Positions 9,819-19,743 of a DNA stretch of 64,000 nucleotides are shown here, piece by piece (position 1 is the first letter of the stretch; each line of letters begins with the position of its first letter). The stretch is from a candidate division WWE3 bacterium (lineage in GTDB: Bacteria > Patescibacteriota > WWE3 > UBA101185 > UBA10185). The stretch is taken from NCBI GenBank assembly GCA_052035175.1, contig JBPOHV010000001.1:523338-587337 (forward strand), written 5' to 3'. The translations under genes and the position numbers were made by a program. Under the pieces are notes generated by a model that was given only the letters and a program-made list of their open reading frames with translations, ran no database searches and was not told where the DNA came from.

Positions 9819-9893
9819 AGCGATGCTAAGTGTTTTTTTGAGGTAAGGATGATATGCAGCCGTCCTTGCCGAAAAAAAATGCTTAGCGTCGCT
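9819..9893 (+). repeat. Long hairpin with AGGATGATATGCAGCCGTCC apex (copy 2)
   Basis: AGCGATGCTAAGTG../..TGCTTAGCGTCGCT stem with G-U pairs on + strand. Confidence 0.7.
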
Positions 9894-9900
9894 TATGAAG

Positions 9901-12345
9901 TTATGCAACAATATTTATAATCTTACCTTTGACATAGATAAAGTTTACGATAGATTTACCATCCAAATGCTTTTGTACATTTACAGAATTTAAAGCAAGC
10001 TCTTTTATATCAGCTTCGTTTATGTTTGCATCTACTTCTATTTGGTCGCGACGTTTACCATTGATTTGAATTGGGATAATTAATTTTTCTACAGAAAACA
10101 AAGACGCGTCTACTTTTGGCCAAGATTGTAAATGTACGCTGTTTTCTTTTTTCCATTCACCAAATTTATTTGCATCTTGCCACAAGTCTTCGGCTAAGAA
10201 AGGCATAAATGGCGCAAAGATTTTTATAAATGATTTCCAAACTTCTAAAGGAATAACAGCTTCTTTTTTCAAAATATTTGTAAATTTCATAACTTCGCTT
10301 ACAGCGGTGTTCATTTTTAACCCTTCAAGCATTGGAGTTATTGCTTGAACTGTTTTATTAAAAGCGACAGATAAATGTTGCACTTGTTGGTCTTTGACTT
10401 TGTCTTTTAACTCATACAAAGATCTTGCTAGTTTGAAACACGCGTGCAAACTGCGTTCATTCCAAGGATAAGTTTCTTCGTATGGGCCTAAAAATGCAAA
10501 ACAAATACGTATTGCATCTGCACCATAATTTTCAATTACATATTCTGGATTAACTGTATACTCAGGGCGAGATTTGGACATTTTTTTATGGTCAGCACCC
10601 AAAAGCATACCTCCGCTCATTCTCCAATTAATAGGCTCTGATACAGGAATATGCCCCATATCGTGCAAAGCTTTCACCCAAAATCTAGTATAAATTAAAT
10701 GAGCAGTTGTGTGCCCAGCGTCTCCAAAATATTTATCAACAGGTAACCAATATTTCAATTTTTCTTTATCTGCAAAAGCGTTATCATTTTTGGGGTCGAT
10801 ATACCTTATGTAATACCAATTTGACCCAGCCCAAGTTGGCATCGTTTCAGTTTCTAATTTTGCGGGATTGCCTTGAGAATCTACTGTTGTATTCCATTGT
10901 GTATTTCTCGCCAAAGGGCTCACGCCTTTATCGTCTGGCAAAAAGTCTTGCATAACTGGAAGTTCTAAAGGTAATTTATCTTCTGGAAGAGCTTCTATTT
11001 CACCATTTTGTTTATGTACCAATGGAATAGGTTCACCCCAATATCTTTGGCGTGAAAATATTTGGTCTCTTATTTTATAATTAGTCTTGCGATAGCCCCA
11101 GCCTTTTTCTTCAAAATAGTCTGCAATTTTTGTTGTCGCTACGTGAATATCCATTCCATTCAAAAAATCTGAATTTACCATGGTGCCTTCAGCTTCTTGG
11201 ACTTGATCTGCATTAATTATCTCTGAAGTATCACCATCGCTAGCAACCGCAACACGCTTAATAGGTAAATCAAAAGCTTTTGCAAAAGCAAAGTCTCGTT
11301 TATCGTGGCCGGGTACTCCCATAACTGCACCTGTGCCAAATTGATTTAATACAAAATCAGAAATCCAAATTGGCAACTTTTCATTGTTTAATCTATTCAA
11401 AACATAAAAACCTGTAAACACACCTGTTTTAACTTTACCTTCGGAGAGTCTTTCTAATTCAGATTTATTTGCTGCTTGTTTAATGTACGCTTGGACTTCG
11501 GGCAATTCTGATTTTTGAGCAAATGAGTGCTCGGGTGCCAAAACTACAAAAGTAGCGCCAAAGCTAGTATCTGGCCTAGTTGTAAAACATTCAATTATTT
11601 CAGAAGTTTCAGAACCATCTTCATTTAATACTGGGTATTTGATTACTACACCTACAGATTTACCTATCCAATTGATTTGGCCCAATTTAACCGAATCCAT
11701 GTAATCAACTTGAGATAAACCTTCCAAAAGCTTTTCAGCATAGGCCGGTATATTCAAAACCCATTGTTTAAACATTTTTTTGACTACAGGATGGCTATCT
11801 CTTTCAGAAACTTTTGATCCGTCTTCTTTTGTCAAAACCTCTTCATCAGCCAAAACACCCAAAGCTTCGCACCACCATACAGGCATTTCTTTTTGATAAG
11901 CCAAGCCTTTTTCCCAAAGTTTTATAAACATCCACTGAGTCCATTTGTAATAAGAAGGGTCACATGTATTTACTTCACGACTCCAATCTATTGCATAACC
12001 CATTTTTTGCATTGCAGATTTATAATCTACAGTGGCTTTGGCAATAGCTTCTTGAGGAGTAATGTGCTCTTTTATGGCAAAAGTTTCTGCGGGCAAACCA
12101 AAGCAATCCCACCCCATAGGAAATAATACATTGTAACCTTGCATTCTCAAAAACCTCGAGTAAATCTCTGGGACCGTATATCTCATCATATGGCCAGCGT
12201 GCAGATATTTACCAGAAGGGTAGGGGAGTTCAGCCAAAATGTACTTCTTGGGTTTTTCAGAAAAATCTACTGCTTCATAGATATTGTCTTTATACCAATT
12301 GTCGCGCCATTTATCTTCGATGTTTTTATGATTGTAATCTCCCAT
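9901..12345 (-). CDS. leuS: Leucyl-tRNA synthetase
   Basis: PYPSG..LHAGH, GWDCFGLPAE, TTRPDT, SRQRYWGEPIP, KMSKS; start placed at MGDYNHK. Confidence 0.96.
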   Translation of the reverse strand: MGDYNHKNIEDKWRDNWYKDNIYEAVDFSEKPKKYILAELPYPSGKYLHAGHMMRYTVPEIYSRFLRMQGYNVLFPMGWDCFGLPAETFAIKEHITPQEAIAKATVDYKSAMQKMGYAIDWSREVNTCDPSYYKWTQWMFIKLWEKGLAYQKEMPVWWCEALGVLADEEVLTKEDGSKVSERDSHPVVKKMFKQWVLNIPAYAEKLLEGLSQVDYMDSVKLGQINWIGKSVGVVIKYPVLNEDGSETSEIIECFTTRPDTSFGATFVVLAPEHSFAQKSELPEVQAYIKQAANKSELERLSEGKVKTGVFTGFYVLNRLNNEKLPIWISDFVLNQFGTGAVMGVPGHDKRDFAFAKAFDLPIKRVAVASDGDTSEIINADQVQEAEGTMVNSDFLNGMDIHVATTKIADYFEEKGWGYRKTNYKIRDQIFSRQRYWGEPIPLVHKQNGEIEALPEDKLPLELPVMQDFLPDDKGVSPLARNTQWNTTVDSQGNPAKLETETMPTWAGSNWYYIRYIDPKNDNAFADKEKLKYWLPVDKYFGDAGHTTAHLIYTRFWVKALHDMGHIPVSEPINWRMSGGMLLGADHKKMSKSRPEYTVNPEYVIENYGADAIRICFAFLGPYEETYPWNERSLHACFKLARSLYELKDKVKDQQVQHLSVAFNKTVQAITPMLEGLKMNTAVSEVMKFTNILKKEAVIPLEVWKSFIKIFAPFMPFLAEDLWQDANKFGEWKKENSVHLQSWPKVDASLFSVEKLIIPIQINGKRRDQIEVDANINEADIKELALNSVNVQKHLDGKSIVNFIYVKGKIINIVA

Positions 12346-12368
12346 AGAATGAACATATTTTAGCATAC

Positions 12369-12452
12369 AAGGGACTGTCCTAAACGGACCCTCCACGTAC
12401 AAGGTTTGAACATAAAAAGTTGTACTTTAAGGTCTGTCCTAAACTGTCCCCT
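12369..12452. repeat. REP-like GGACWGTCC cluster
   Basis: AAGGGACTGTCCTAAACGGACCCTC is a near-perfect reverse complement of 4523-4547; second copy AGGTCTGTCCTAAAC. Confidence 0.6.
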
Positions 12453-12488
12453 TGACCTCATAGGCTGTAATATCGTATAGTACGGAGC

Positions 12489-12665
12489 GTGGCTAAGAAA
12501 AAAGGTAATCGCATCTTAATAGGAATGAAATGCACCGAAACAGGTGTAGTGACCTATTTGACTAGAAAAAATCGTATGAATACCCAAGATAAACTTACAC
12601 TCAAGAAGTTTAATCCAAAACTTAGACGCCATGTCCTTTATAAAGAAGTCACAAAGCTTAAATAA
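12489..12665 (+). CDS. rpmG: 50S ribosomal protein L33 (not in ORF track)
   Basis: [58 protein letters not shown]; GTG start. Confidence 0.93.
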   Translation: MAKKKGNRILIGMKCTETGVVTYLTRKNRMNTQDKLTLKKFNPKLRRHVLYKEVTKLK

Positions 12666-12734
12666 TTAGCTCCTTTTTCATCAGTACTACCAAAGATTTT
12701 ACTAGTTTGAATTTTTATATGCTAATATTTATGC

Positions 12735-13640
12735 ATGAATTATTCAAACACAAACACCGTACAAAGCTTTATTCGTGGTTTAGCATGGTTTTTAACATTG
12801 GCATTGCTAATGCTATTTTTTGGTGTGCCTGCAGCTTCACTTTCGCAAGCAGCTACAGGAACATCCTCAACCTTTTTAATACCTGTTTTTGTCTTTAGTG
12901 TTTGGGTTGCGTCAATAGTTTCTAAAATGTTTTTTATACTTCCAGAATGGGAACGTATAGTTATTTTACGTTTGGGAAAATTTGATGGAGTCAAAGGACC
13001 AGGCTATTTTGTAATACCTCCATTTGTTTATTCTGTAGCAGCTATAGTAGACACACGTATAGAAACTCACCAGGTAGAGGCTACTGCAACTTTGACAAAA
13101 GATAACGTCCCAACAAAAGTTACAGCCGCTGTTGAATTTAAATTAGAAGATCCACGAAAAGCTATTGTTGATGTTCAAAATTACCGCCAATCAGTAATAT
13201 GGCTTTCTACTGAAGCGCTCAAAAATACAATAGGTAGCTTGGATCTAAAAGATTTATTAAGCGAAAGAGATCAAATTGCAAAATCTTTACAAACACAAAT
13301 AGATGAAGGTGCTGCAGTTTATGGCATTGACGTTCGAGCCGTACGTATTACCGACATTGACACACCAGCATCATTGATTGAAGAATTAGCAGTAATCGCA
13401 AGAGCGCGCCGAGGAGCAGAAGCCAAACAAATTCAGGCAAATGCAGAAATTTTAGTTGCAGAAAAAATTGCTCAGGCAGGAAGTATATTGGCAAACTCCC
13501 CAGCAGGTATTAAACTAAGAGAGTTACAACTTTTGGCTGAAATTAGCAAAGAACAAGGATCAACCATTGTAGTTTATCCATATCAAGATGCAAACGGTAG
13601 AGAAATTGCACATTCTGCTATAAATAGAATTAAAAGTTAA
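12735..13640 (+). CDS. SPFH/stomatin-like (band 7) membrane protein
   Basis: ERIVILRLGKF..GPG, LTKDNV, LLSERD.I. Confidence 0.9.
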   Translation: MNYSNTNTVQSFIRGLAWFLTLALLMLFFGVPAASLSQAATGTSSTFLIPVFVFSVWVASIVSKMFFILPEWERIVILRLGKFDGVKGPGYFVIPPFVYSVAAIVDTRIETHQVEATATLTKDNVPTKVTAAVEFKLEDPRKAIVDVQNYRQSVIWLSTEALKNTIGSLDLKDLLSERDQIAKSLQTQIDEGAAVYGIDVRAVRITDIDTPASLIEELAVIARARRGAEAKQIQANAEILVAEKIAQAGSILANSPAGIKLRELQLLAEISKEQGSTIVVYPYQDANGREIAHSAINRIKS

Positions 13641-13669
13641 ACATTTTATAAATTTTTAGAAAGATTATT

Positions 13670-14449
13670 ATGACTGACACAAACAATCAAACAGATATAC
13701 AAAAAAGACCTTTAATTTCTTGCTCACCTATAGGTGGAGTTGCAGCAATGGTTCTTATGACACTAGCTAGTTTTTCTTTGGGTGTAGTTTGGGTAAAAGG
13801 ATTCAACCCATCTATTCCATTTTTAGATAAATACACAAATACTGCAGCCGCAGGTACCCCTGCAGCAAAACCTGCAACAGCTACAGCACTCGACAATTTA
13901 ACAGATGCAGCAAAAAAAGCTGGTGTTGATACTAAAAAATTTGAAACCTGCGTAGCTAACAAAGAAGGTAAAGCAACCGTTGACGCACAAATGGCTGCAG
14001 GAACTACTTTGGGTATAAAAGGCACTCCAGGCGGTTGGTTGGTAAATGTCAAAACTAACAAAGCTGTTCAATTACGTGGCGCTGTAGATTATGCAACTTT
14101 GCAAGCTGATATCAAAGGTTTAATCGCAGGAACTACAGACACTGCAAGCTTGTATACTGGAACATTGCCAACATTAGCAAAAGAAGATCATATTACTGGT
14201 GCAAAAAATCCAACTGTTATATTATTTGAATATTCTGATTATGAATGTCCATTCTGCAGAAGATTTCATCCAACTTCAAAACAAGCTCTAGATGAATTTA
14301 AAAATGAATTCGCCTTGGTATATAGACATTTCCCACTCGAGTCTATACATCCAAAAGCACGTCCAGCTGCTGAAGCGGCAGAGTGCGTAGCAAAACTTGG
14401 TGGAGATACAGCATTTTGGAAATTTACAAATTATATATTTGAGAACTAA
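13670..14449 (+). CDS. DsbA-family thioredoxin-domain protein
   Basis: EYSDYECPFC, RHFPL..IHP; GTP segment lies N-terminal to the CxxC. Confidence 0.85.
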   Translation: MTDTNNQTDIQKRPLISCSPIGGVAAMVLMTLASFSLGVVWVKGFNPSIPFLDKYTNTAAAGTPAAKPATATALDNLTDAAKKAGVDTKKFETCVANKEGKATVDAQMAAGTTLGIKGTPGGWLVNVKTNKAVQLRGAVDYATLQADIKGLIAGTTDTASLYTGTLPTLAKEDHITGAKNPTVILFEYSDYECPFCRRFHPTSKQALDEFKNEFALVYRHFPLESIHPKARPAAEAAECVAKLGGDTAFWKFTNYIFEN

Positions 14450-14461
14450 CCTATAGATCAT

Positions 14462-14485
14462 AGGACCTGGTCTGACCAGGTCTCT
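14462..14485. repeat. REP-like GACCTGGTC doublet
   Basis: AGGACCTGGTCTGACCAGGTCTCT; relatives at ~14859, ~23188, ~23315, ~31510. Confidence 0.55.
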
Positions 14486-14584
14486 AAAGAAAGAGCAGGT
14501 TGAGAGCTCTTATGGTGGGTTATAGTTGCCGTTTGGCAACTGGTTAAGTGTTCTTATTTGGGATGCAGAAACACTTATCAGTTG

Positions 14585-14785
14585 TTATCGGTAACGCGTA
14601 AGTTCCGCTAAAACAGTTTCTGGGTTTTCCACACCAGCGTTTTCTAGTAAGGTGGTAACCTCACTTATCAACCGCTGACGTGTAATTGGTCCAAGGAATC
14701 CGTATGGGAAAGCGGTGCCCTTTAATTGACCAATCTTGTACCAAAAGTCACTGTTCTCGCGGAGCTCATCTGGCATTTTTTCCAT
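14585..14785 (-). CDS. 66-aa hypothetical protein
   Basis: AAGGAGG SD upstream of ATG; GC-richer than neighbours. Confidence 0.6.
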   Translation of the reverse strand: MEKMPDELRENSDFWYKIGQLKGTAFPYGFLGPITRQRLISEVTTLLENAGVENPETVLAELTRYR

Positions 14786-14910
14786 ATAAGCCTCCTTTGT
14801 TTTCTCAACCTGCTAGTTCCAGCATTATACCCCATAGCATGTATGTTAGCAAAATACTAGACCTGGTCCTTGTAGTGAAACCCTGATATCCATGCTAGAA
14901 TCCAAGGGTC

Positions 14911-15627
14911 ATGTCACAAACTGACAATTTATCTCCAGGAACATTATATGTAGTAGCTGTACCAATAGGTAATTTTGACGATATTACATTGCGCGCACTG
15001 CAAACACTCAAAACCGTTGATTATGTCTTATGCGAAGATACGCGGACAACTAACACTTTGCTTACACATCACAATATTAAACAAACGCTGATTTCATATC
15101 GAGATCAAAACCACGACCGTATTTATTCAAAAATAATTGAAGACTTAAAAAATGGATTAAACATCGCACTAGTATCTGATAATGGAACACCAACTATTTC
15201 AGATCCAGGTTTTAGGCTTATACACGAAATAAGACAAGGTTTAACCGACCTGCCTGCGCAGACAATGATAAGCCCTATAACAATACCAGGCCCATCTGCG
15301 TTTGTAGCTGCGCTAAGTGTTAGCGGATTACCTACTGACAATGTTTTATTTTGTGGATTTCTACCCAAAACAGCGAGCAAAAGACGTAGTATAATTGAAA
15401 ATGGCGGTAATAGCGAAAGTACATTGATTTTCTATGAATCACCGTATAGAATTAATGCCTTGCTCGCAGAAGTCTACAAAATACTGGGTGATCGCAAAGC
15501 CTTTATAATAAAAGATATAACTAAATCTTTTGAAACTGCTATTTATGGACAGTTATCAGAAATAACACAACAAAAACTAAAAGAAAAAGGCGAGTATACT
15601 GTATTGATAGCAAAGAAAGGATTTTAA
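14911..15627 (+). CDS. rsmI: 16S rRNA C1402 2'-O-methyltransferase
   Basis: LYVVAVPIGN..DIT.RA, CEDTR, VSDNGTPTISDPG, FYESPYR. Confidence 0.93.
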   Translation: MSQTDNLSPGTLYVVAVPIGNFDDITLRALQTLKTVDYVLCEDTRTTNTLLTHHNIKQTLISYRDQNHDRIYSKIIEDLKNGLNIALVSDNGTPTISDPGFRLIHEIRQGLTDLPAQTMISPITIPGPSAFVAALSVSGLPTDNVLFCGFLPKTASKRRSIIENGGNSESTLIFYESPYRINALLAEVYKILGDRKAFIIKDITKSFETAIYGQLSEITQQKLKEKGEYTVLIAKKGF

Positions 15628-17684
15628 TGGATACACAAACACTAAACGAAGAAAAACAACATTTAGCAAATACGCTTACAAAAATAATAGAGTCAAAAAC
15701 ATATCTTGAAAAATCTATAGATGCTTTGGGGAGTAATACTTTAGAAACTTTAAAAGAATTAAAAGAAAGCTCCCAATCGGGCGATCTAGAAGACTTTATG
15801 GCGCGTATGTCTGCAGAACATTCAGCTTACAATATTTATGATAAGTATACTCAATTAAGCGAGTTTGAAAGCATGATCCAACAACCATATTTCGCTAGAA
15901 TAGATGTAACCGATGTATCTAACGAAAACTCAACTTCGCTTTCTGCTATTACATCTCATTATATTGGTAAATTTGGTTTTTCTTATAATACACAGCCTAC
16001 AATACTAGACTGGAGAGCAAAAGTTGCATCAATTTACTATAGATACAGATACCCTCAAAAGAATGTTAAATACGATACTCCAGACGGTGAAGTAACTAAA
16101 GACTTAAAGCTCAAAAGAACATACGAAATAGATAACAGTGAATTGGTTAAGTATTATAATAACGACATTCAATTTGATGAATCTGCAGTAATCTCTGAAA
16201 AGATTTCTACTCGTACGGGAGGTGTACTTGAGGATATCGTCGAAACTATTCAAGAAAAACAATTAGATATTATTGAATCTGATCCACGCCGTGTCTGTAT
16301 TGTCCAGGGTTGTGTAGGTAGTGGTAAAAGTACTGTAGCTATTCATAAACTTTCTCATATCTTTTTTAATTTCCCGCAATTGATCAAACCAGAAAGAGCA
16401 CTTTTAGTTGCTAAAAACCAAATTTTAATTGGGTATTTATCTACACTTTTTCCAAAGCTAGGCATTTTCAATATTAGCTATAAGACTCTTCGCGATTTGA
16501 TAATAAACATAATCTTTAGAGAAAAAATACGTGTCAGCGTAGATTTAGACTTGGATCAAGACACATCTCAAATAGATATGACCTATTTAGATAATTTACA
16601 AAAACTAGTCGATAGTGTCGCAATCAAAATAGACAACGAAATTAAAGATTTATTCTCAGATCCAGAATATGCAGCGTTTTCGGGAGCCAAGTACAGTTAT
16701 AACCAAACACCTTATGAAAATATATCAGACATAATCTCAGACATAGAAGAAGAGCTGGATATGCAAAAAGAAAATCTCAAAGAAAACCCTGAATCTCTTC
16801 GCGCCTGGCTTTTTAAAGACAATATTAAAGTACTTCGTAAGCTTATTACCAAACTAAAGAAACTTCAGACTTCTATAGAAGAAGATTATATGACCAGTTT
16901 GGTAAAACAGCTGAAAATTAATACAAAAGAAAAACTAGGTTATAAAGATATATTGCTTTATATTTCTCTACATATCGGCATCATCGGCTTTAAAGATTTT
17001 ATGAAGTATGAATACTGCGTTGTCGACGAGGGTCAAGATTTTAGTTTATTAGAATATCAAGTTCTTGGAAATCTAATTGTTAATGGAAGATTCTCGATAC
17101 TAGGAGATTTGAATCAGGGTTATAAAGAAGAGGGGATTGCATCTTGGGATGACATACAAAAAGTTATAAAAGCTGCGAAAGAAGCTGACGTATTTGAATT
17201 GGATACCAACTATAGAAGCACCAAACCTATTATAGATTTCGCAAATAGTATTTTGGGAAAATACACACAAACCTACCTACCAAAGCCAATAAACCGTAAC
17301 GGTGCCGACCCAGAAATTATACGAACCAATTCATCGGCAGAGCTGTTAACAAAATTTGAACAAGCCATAAGCGCCGATGCCCAAGACCTTAACAAGAGTA
17401 TTGGTATCATTGTTTACGACACGTCGCTGATGGAAGACGTCAATACAATAGTAAATAAGCTTGATATCCAAAAAGACTTGCTTATCAAATTAAATGCTAA
17501 AACACGAATTATTTACCATCCAAAAGCAATTTACCTAACAGACTTTGATGATTGTAAAGGCTTAGAATTTTCTAAAGTCTATGTTTTGGGATTAAATGTA
17601 GATGCAATAAAGACGAGAAAAGAAGCAAAAAGTGCTTTTGTCGCAGTTACTAGAGCCATGAGTCAACTTTCTGTATACTATTAA
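15627..17684 (+). CDS. HelD-like SF1 helicase/ATPase
   Basis: PYFARID, ILDWRA, GCVGSGKST, VVDEGQD, NYRST, KGLEF, VAVTRA. Confidence 0.85.
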   Translation: MDTQTLNEEKQHLANTLTKIIESKTYLEKSIDALGSNTLETLKELKESSQSGDLEDFMARMSAEHSAYNIYDKYTQLSEFESMIQQPYFARIDVTDVSNENSTSLSAITSHYIGKFGFSYNTQPTILDWRAKVASIYYRYRYPQKNVKYDTPDGEVTKDLKLKRTYEIDNSELVKYYNNDIQFDESAVISEKISTRTGGVLEDIVETIQEKQLDIIESDPRRVCIVQGCVGSGKSTVAIHKLSHIFFNFPQLIKPERALLVAKNQILIGYLSTLFPKLGIFNISYKTLRDLIINIIFREKIRVSVDLDLDQDTSQIDMTYLDNLQKLVDSVAIKIDNEIKDLFSDPEYAAFSGAKYSYNQTPYENISDIISDIEEELDMQKENLKENPESLRAWLFKDNIKVLRKLITKLKKLQTSIEEDYMTSLVKQLKINTKEKLGYKDILLYISLHIGIIGFKDFMKYEYCVVDEGQDFSLLEYQVLGNLIVNGRFSILGDLNQGYKEEGIASWDDIQKVIKAAKEADVFELDTNYRSTKPIIDFANSILGKYTQTYLPKPINRNGADPEIIRTNSSAELLTKFEQAISADAQDLNKSIGIIVYDTSLMEDVNTIVNKLDIQKDLLIKLNAKTRIIYHPKAIYLTDFDDCKGLEFSKVYVLGLNVDAIKTRKEAKSAFVAVTRAMSQLSVYY

Positions 17685-17689
17685 GCATC

Positions 17690-19225
17690 ATGAAAAAATA
17701 TTCCTTAGCTATTTTAATGGGGTTAACTATACTTTTGCGTATTATCAACCTAGGGTACTCTGATTTTCAAGGTGATGAAATAAAAGCTTTGTATATACCT
17801 GACAATGGCACAAATTTTTCAAATTATCTATTAGATCAACGAAAAGGTCCGACACAATTTTTTGTAACTGCACTGGTCAAGTTGGTTGACGCTGATTATC
17901 AAAATAGGTTTTTGGTAAGACTGCCTTTTGCATTAGCTGGAATTGCGGCAGTTTACTTCTTTTATAAATTTATTGAGATCTATTTTGGAGATCAAATTGC
18001 GTTGATCTCTGCATTTTTCTTTTCTACAAATGGCTTTTTGGTAGCATTTTCACGTATAGTGCAATATCAATCATTTGTTATTTTGTTCATGATTATGGCG
18101 CTATACTTTTTTTCATTGAGTCTATATAGAGAAAAGTGGAGTATAAGCGGACTTTACTTGGGTTTCATTTGTTGGGCGTTATCATTTTTGTCTCATTACG
18201 ATGGCTTATTTATTTTTCCTTTTGTTTTATTTATTCTTGGAAAGAAGTTGTCTCAAGTAAAAACAAGCACTGGTATAGGCTTAGGAGAATTAAAGCATTT
18301 ATTTGGATCAGCCGGTATATTTTTGTTGATAGTATCAGCTTTTTATCTCCCATTCGTACTAAACATAACTCAGGCTACAAAAGATTATTGGTTCGGACGT
18401 ATTACAGGTGGTGTCTCCACAAAAAATTCCAGTTCTAGATATTTGTTTAGCGTATATCAACCAATATATGTATTACACATATATACTTTACTAGGCATCA
18501 CAGGCCTGGTTTCATTTTTTTATAAAAAAAGCGCATCGGTCAGAGGATTTCTTGTAGATAACCAATATTTATTGGCGACTCTTTTTTGGGCAATAATACC
18601 TTTAATTGTTATGGAAGTTTTGATTTCAGTACCAGGTACACATATTTATACATATTTAATTCCTTCTATCGTAATAATGGCATATGGTCTAAATACTCTA
18701 TTCAGTATCGAATTAAAACCTATATGGACAGGAAAGGTCAAAAGCTTATTAAGTATTACAGGCGTATTAACGCTTGCAATCTTTGTTTATGCACAGTCAT
18801 ATGCAATTTATGTAGATAATAAAAGTGAATATCCTTGGGAAGAAGAAAAGTTTGCGATTTGGACATTTCCAAAACCAACACCAAGTTACCATCTGAGCTT
18901 ATTTGGATTTCCTTATTACAGATTTTGGGATGAGGTTGGAGATATAGTAAATTCTGACATGTCACTTGAAGCATATGGAACTAATGAACGCACCAGTATA
19001 TCTAGGTATCACGTACTTTTACCAAAAGAGACAAACATAGCGGGATATTATGTCTATATAATAAATCCGCAAAGCTTTGAAAATGACATTGCACACGAAA
19101 AAGCGGCATACTGGATCAAAAGGTATGCACCAGTCATTACTTTCCGCAAAAACAGTATGGATATTGTAAGGATATACAAAATGCCGCAAGGCGGCTTAGA
19201 GATAATAAAAGCACAAGGCTATTAG
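17690..19225 (+). CDS. GT-C (GT39/ArnT-like) glycosyltransferase
   Basis: DE motif after first TM helix, RLPFA, many TM helices. Confidence 0.8.
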   Translation: MKKYSLAILMGLTILLRIINLGYSDFQGDEIKALYIPDNGTNFSNYLLDQRKGPTQFFVTALVKLVDADYQNRFLVRLPFALAGIAAVYFFYKFIEIYFGDQIALISAFFFSTNGFLVAFSRIVQYQSFVILFMIMALYFFSLSLYREKWSISGLYLGFICWALSFLSHYDGLFIFPFVLFILGKKLSQVKTSTGIGLGELKHLFGSAGIFLLIVSAFYLPFVLNITQATKDYWFGRITGGVSTKNSSSRYLFSVYQPIYVLHIYTLLGITGLVSFFYKKSASVRGFLVDNQYLLATLFWAIIPLIVMEVLISVPGTHIYTYLIPSIVIMAYGLNTLFSIELKPIWTGKVKSLLSITGVLTLAIFVYAQSYAIYVDNKSEYPWEEEKFAIWTFPKPTPSYHLSLFGFPYYRFWDEVGDIVNSDMSLEAYGTNERTSISRYHVLLPKETNIAGYYVYIINPQSFENDIAHEKAAYWIKRYAPVITFRKNSMDIVRIYKMPQGGLEIIKAQGY

Positions 19226-19232
19226 TAAAACT

Positions 19233-19586
19233 TTAAAAATAAGCAGAAAATATCAGCAAAAATATGCTTAATGCTGTTATAGCGGTTATCAGTACAAACC
19301 CTGCAGATACATCTTTCAAAATTTTTGCCGTAGGATGAATTTCTTTAAAAAAATGGTCTGTAAAGTTTTCTACAACTGTATTCAACAACTCTGCAGAAAG
19401 AAGTAAGCCGCTAGATATTATAAGTAACCCCCAATCAGTATGTGAAATCTCGAAAAAAAACCCAAGCCATACGGCAAACACTGTGAAAAGTAACTGAATA
19501 CGAAAGTTTACCTCATGAACTAAGGTATGAAGAACTCCTTCAAATGCATATTTAAAGCTTTTTACACGTTTGCGGATCATAAACAA
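19233..19586 (-). CDS. dgkA: Diacylglycerol/undecaprenol kinase family protein
   Basis: SFKYAFEG, E.NFRIQ, ELLNTVVE, KDVSAG. Confidence 0.88.
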   Translation of the reverse strand: MFMIRKRVKSFKYAFEGVLHTLVHEVNFRIQLLFTVFAVWLGFFFEISHTDWGLLIISSGLLLSAELLNTVVENFTDHFFKEIHPTAKILKDVSAGFVLITAITALSIFLLIFSAYF

Positions 19587-19593
19587 ATTATAC

Positions 19594-19718
19594 AGGATCT
19601 GTCCTTTCTAAGATATGTACCCGCTATATGATAATAAAAAGTAATGGTACATCAAAATCACCGATACGCCTTTTTTCCCTCAACTATGCGGGTACATATC
19701 TAGATGAGGACAGACCTC
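19594..19718. repeat. REPIN-like composite inverted repeat
   Basis: AGGATCTGTCCT...AGATATGTACCCGC...GCGGGTACATATCT...AGGACAGACCT. Confidence 0.6.
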
Positions 19719-19743
19719 GACAACGTATGGTACGATATACGCG

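Noticed and set aside
9711-9911. 66-aa minus-strand ORF after leuS
   Set aside because: Runs through the hairpin repeat and opposes a better-supported + strand small ORF
12346-12402. N-terminal extension of LeuS in the ORF track
   Set aside because: Falls within the REP-like repeat; homology starts at MGDYNHK
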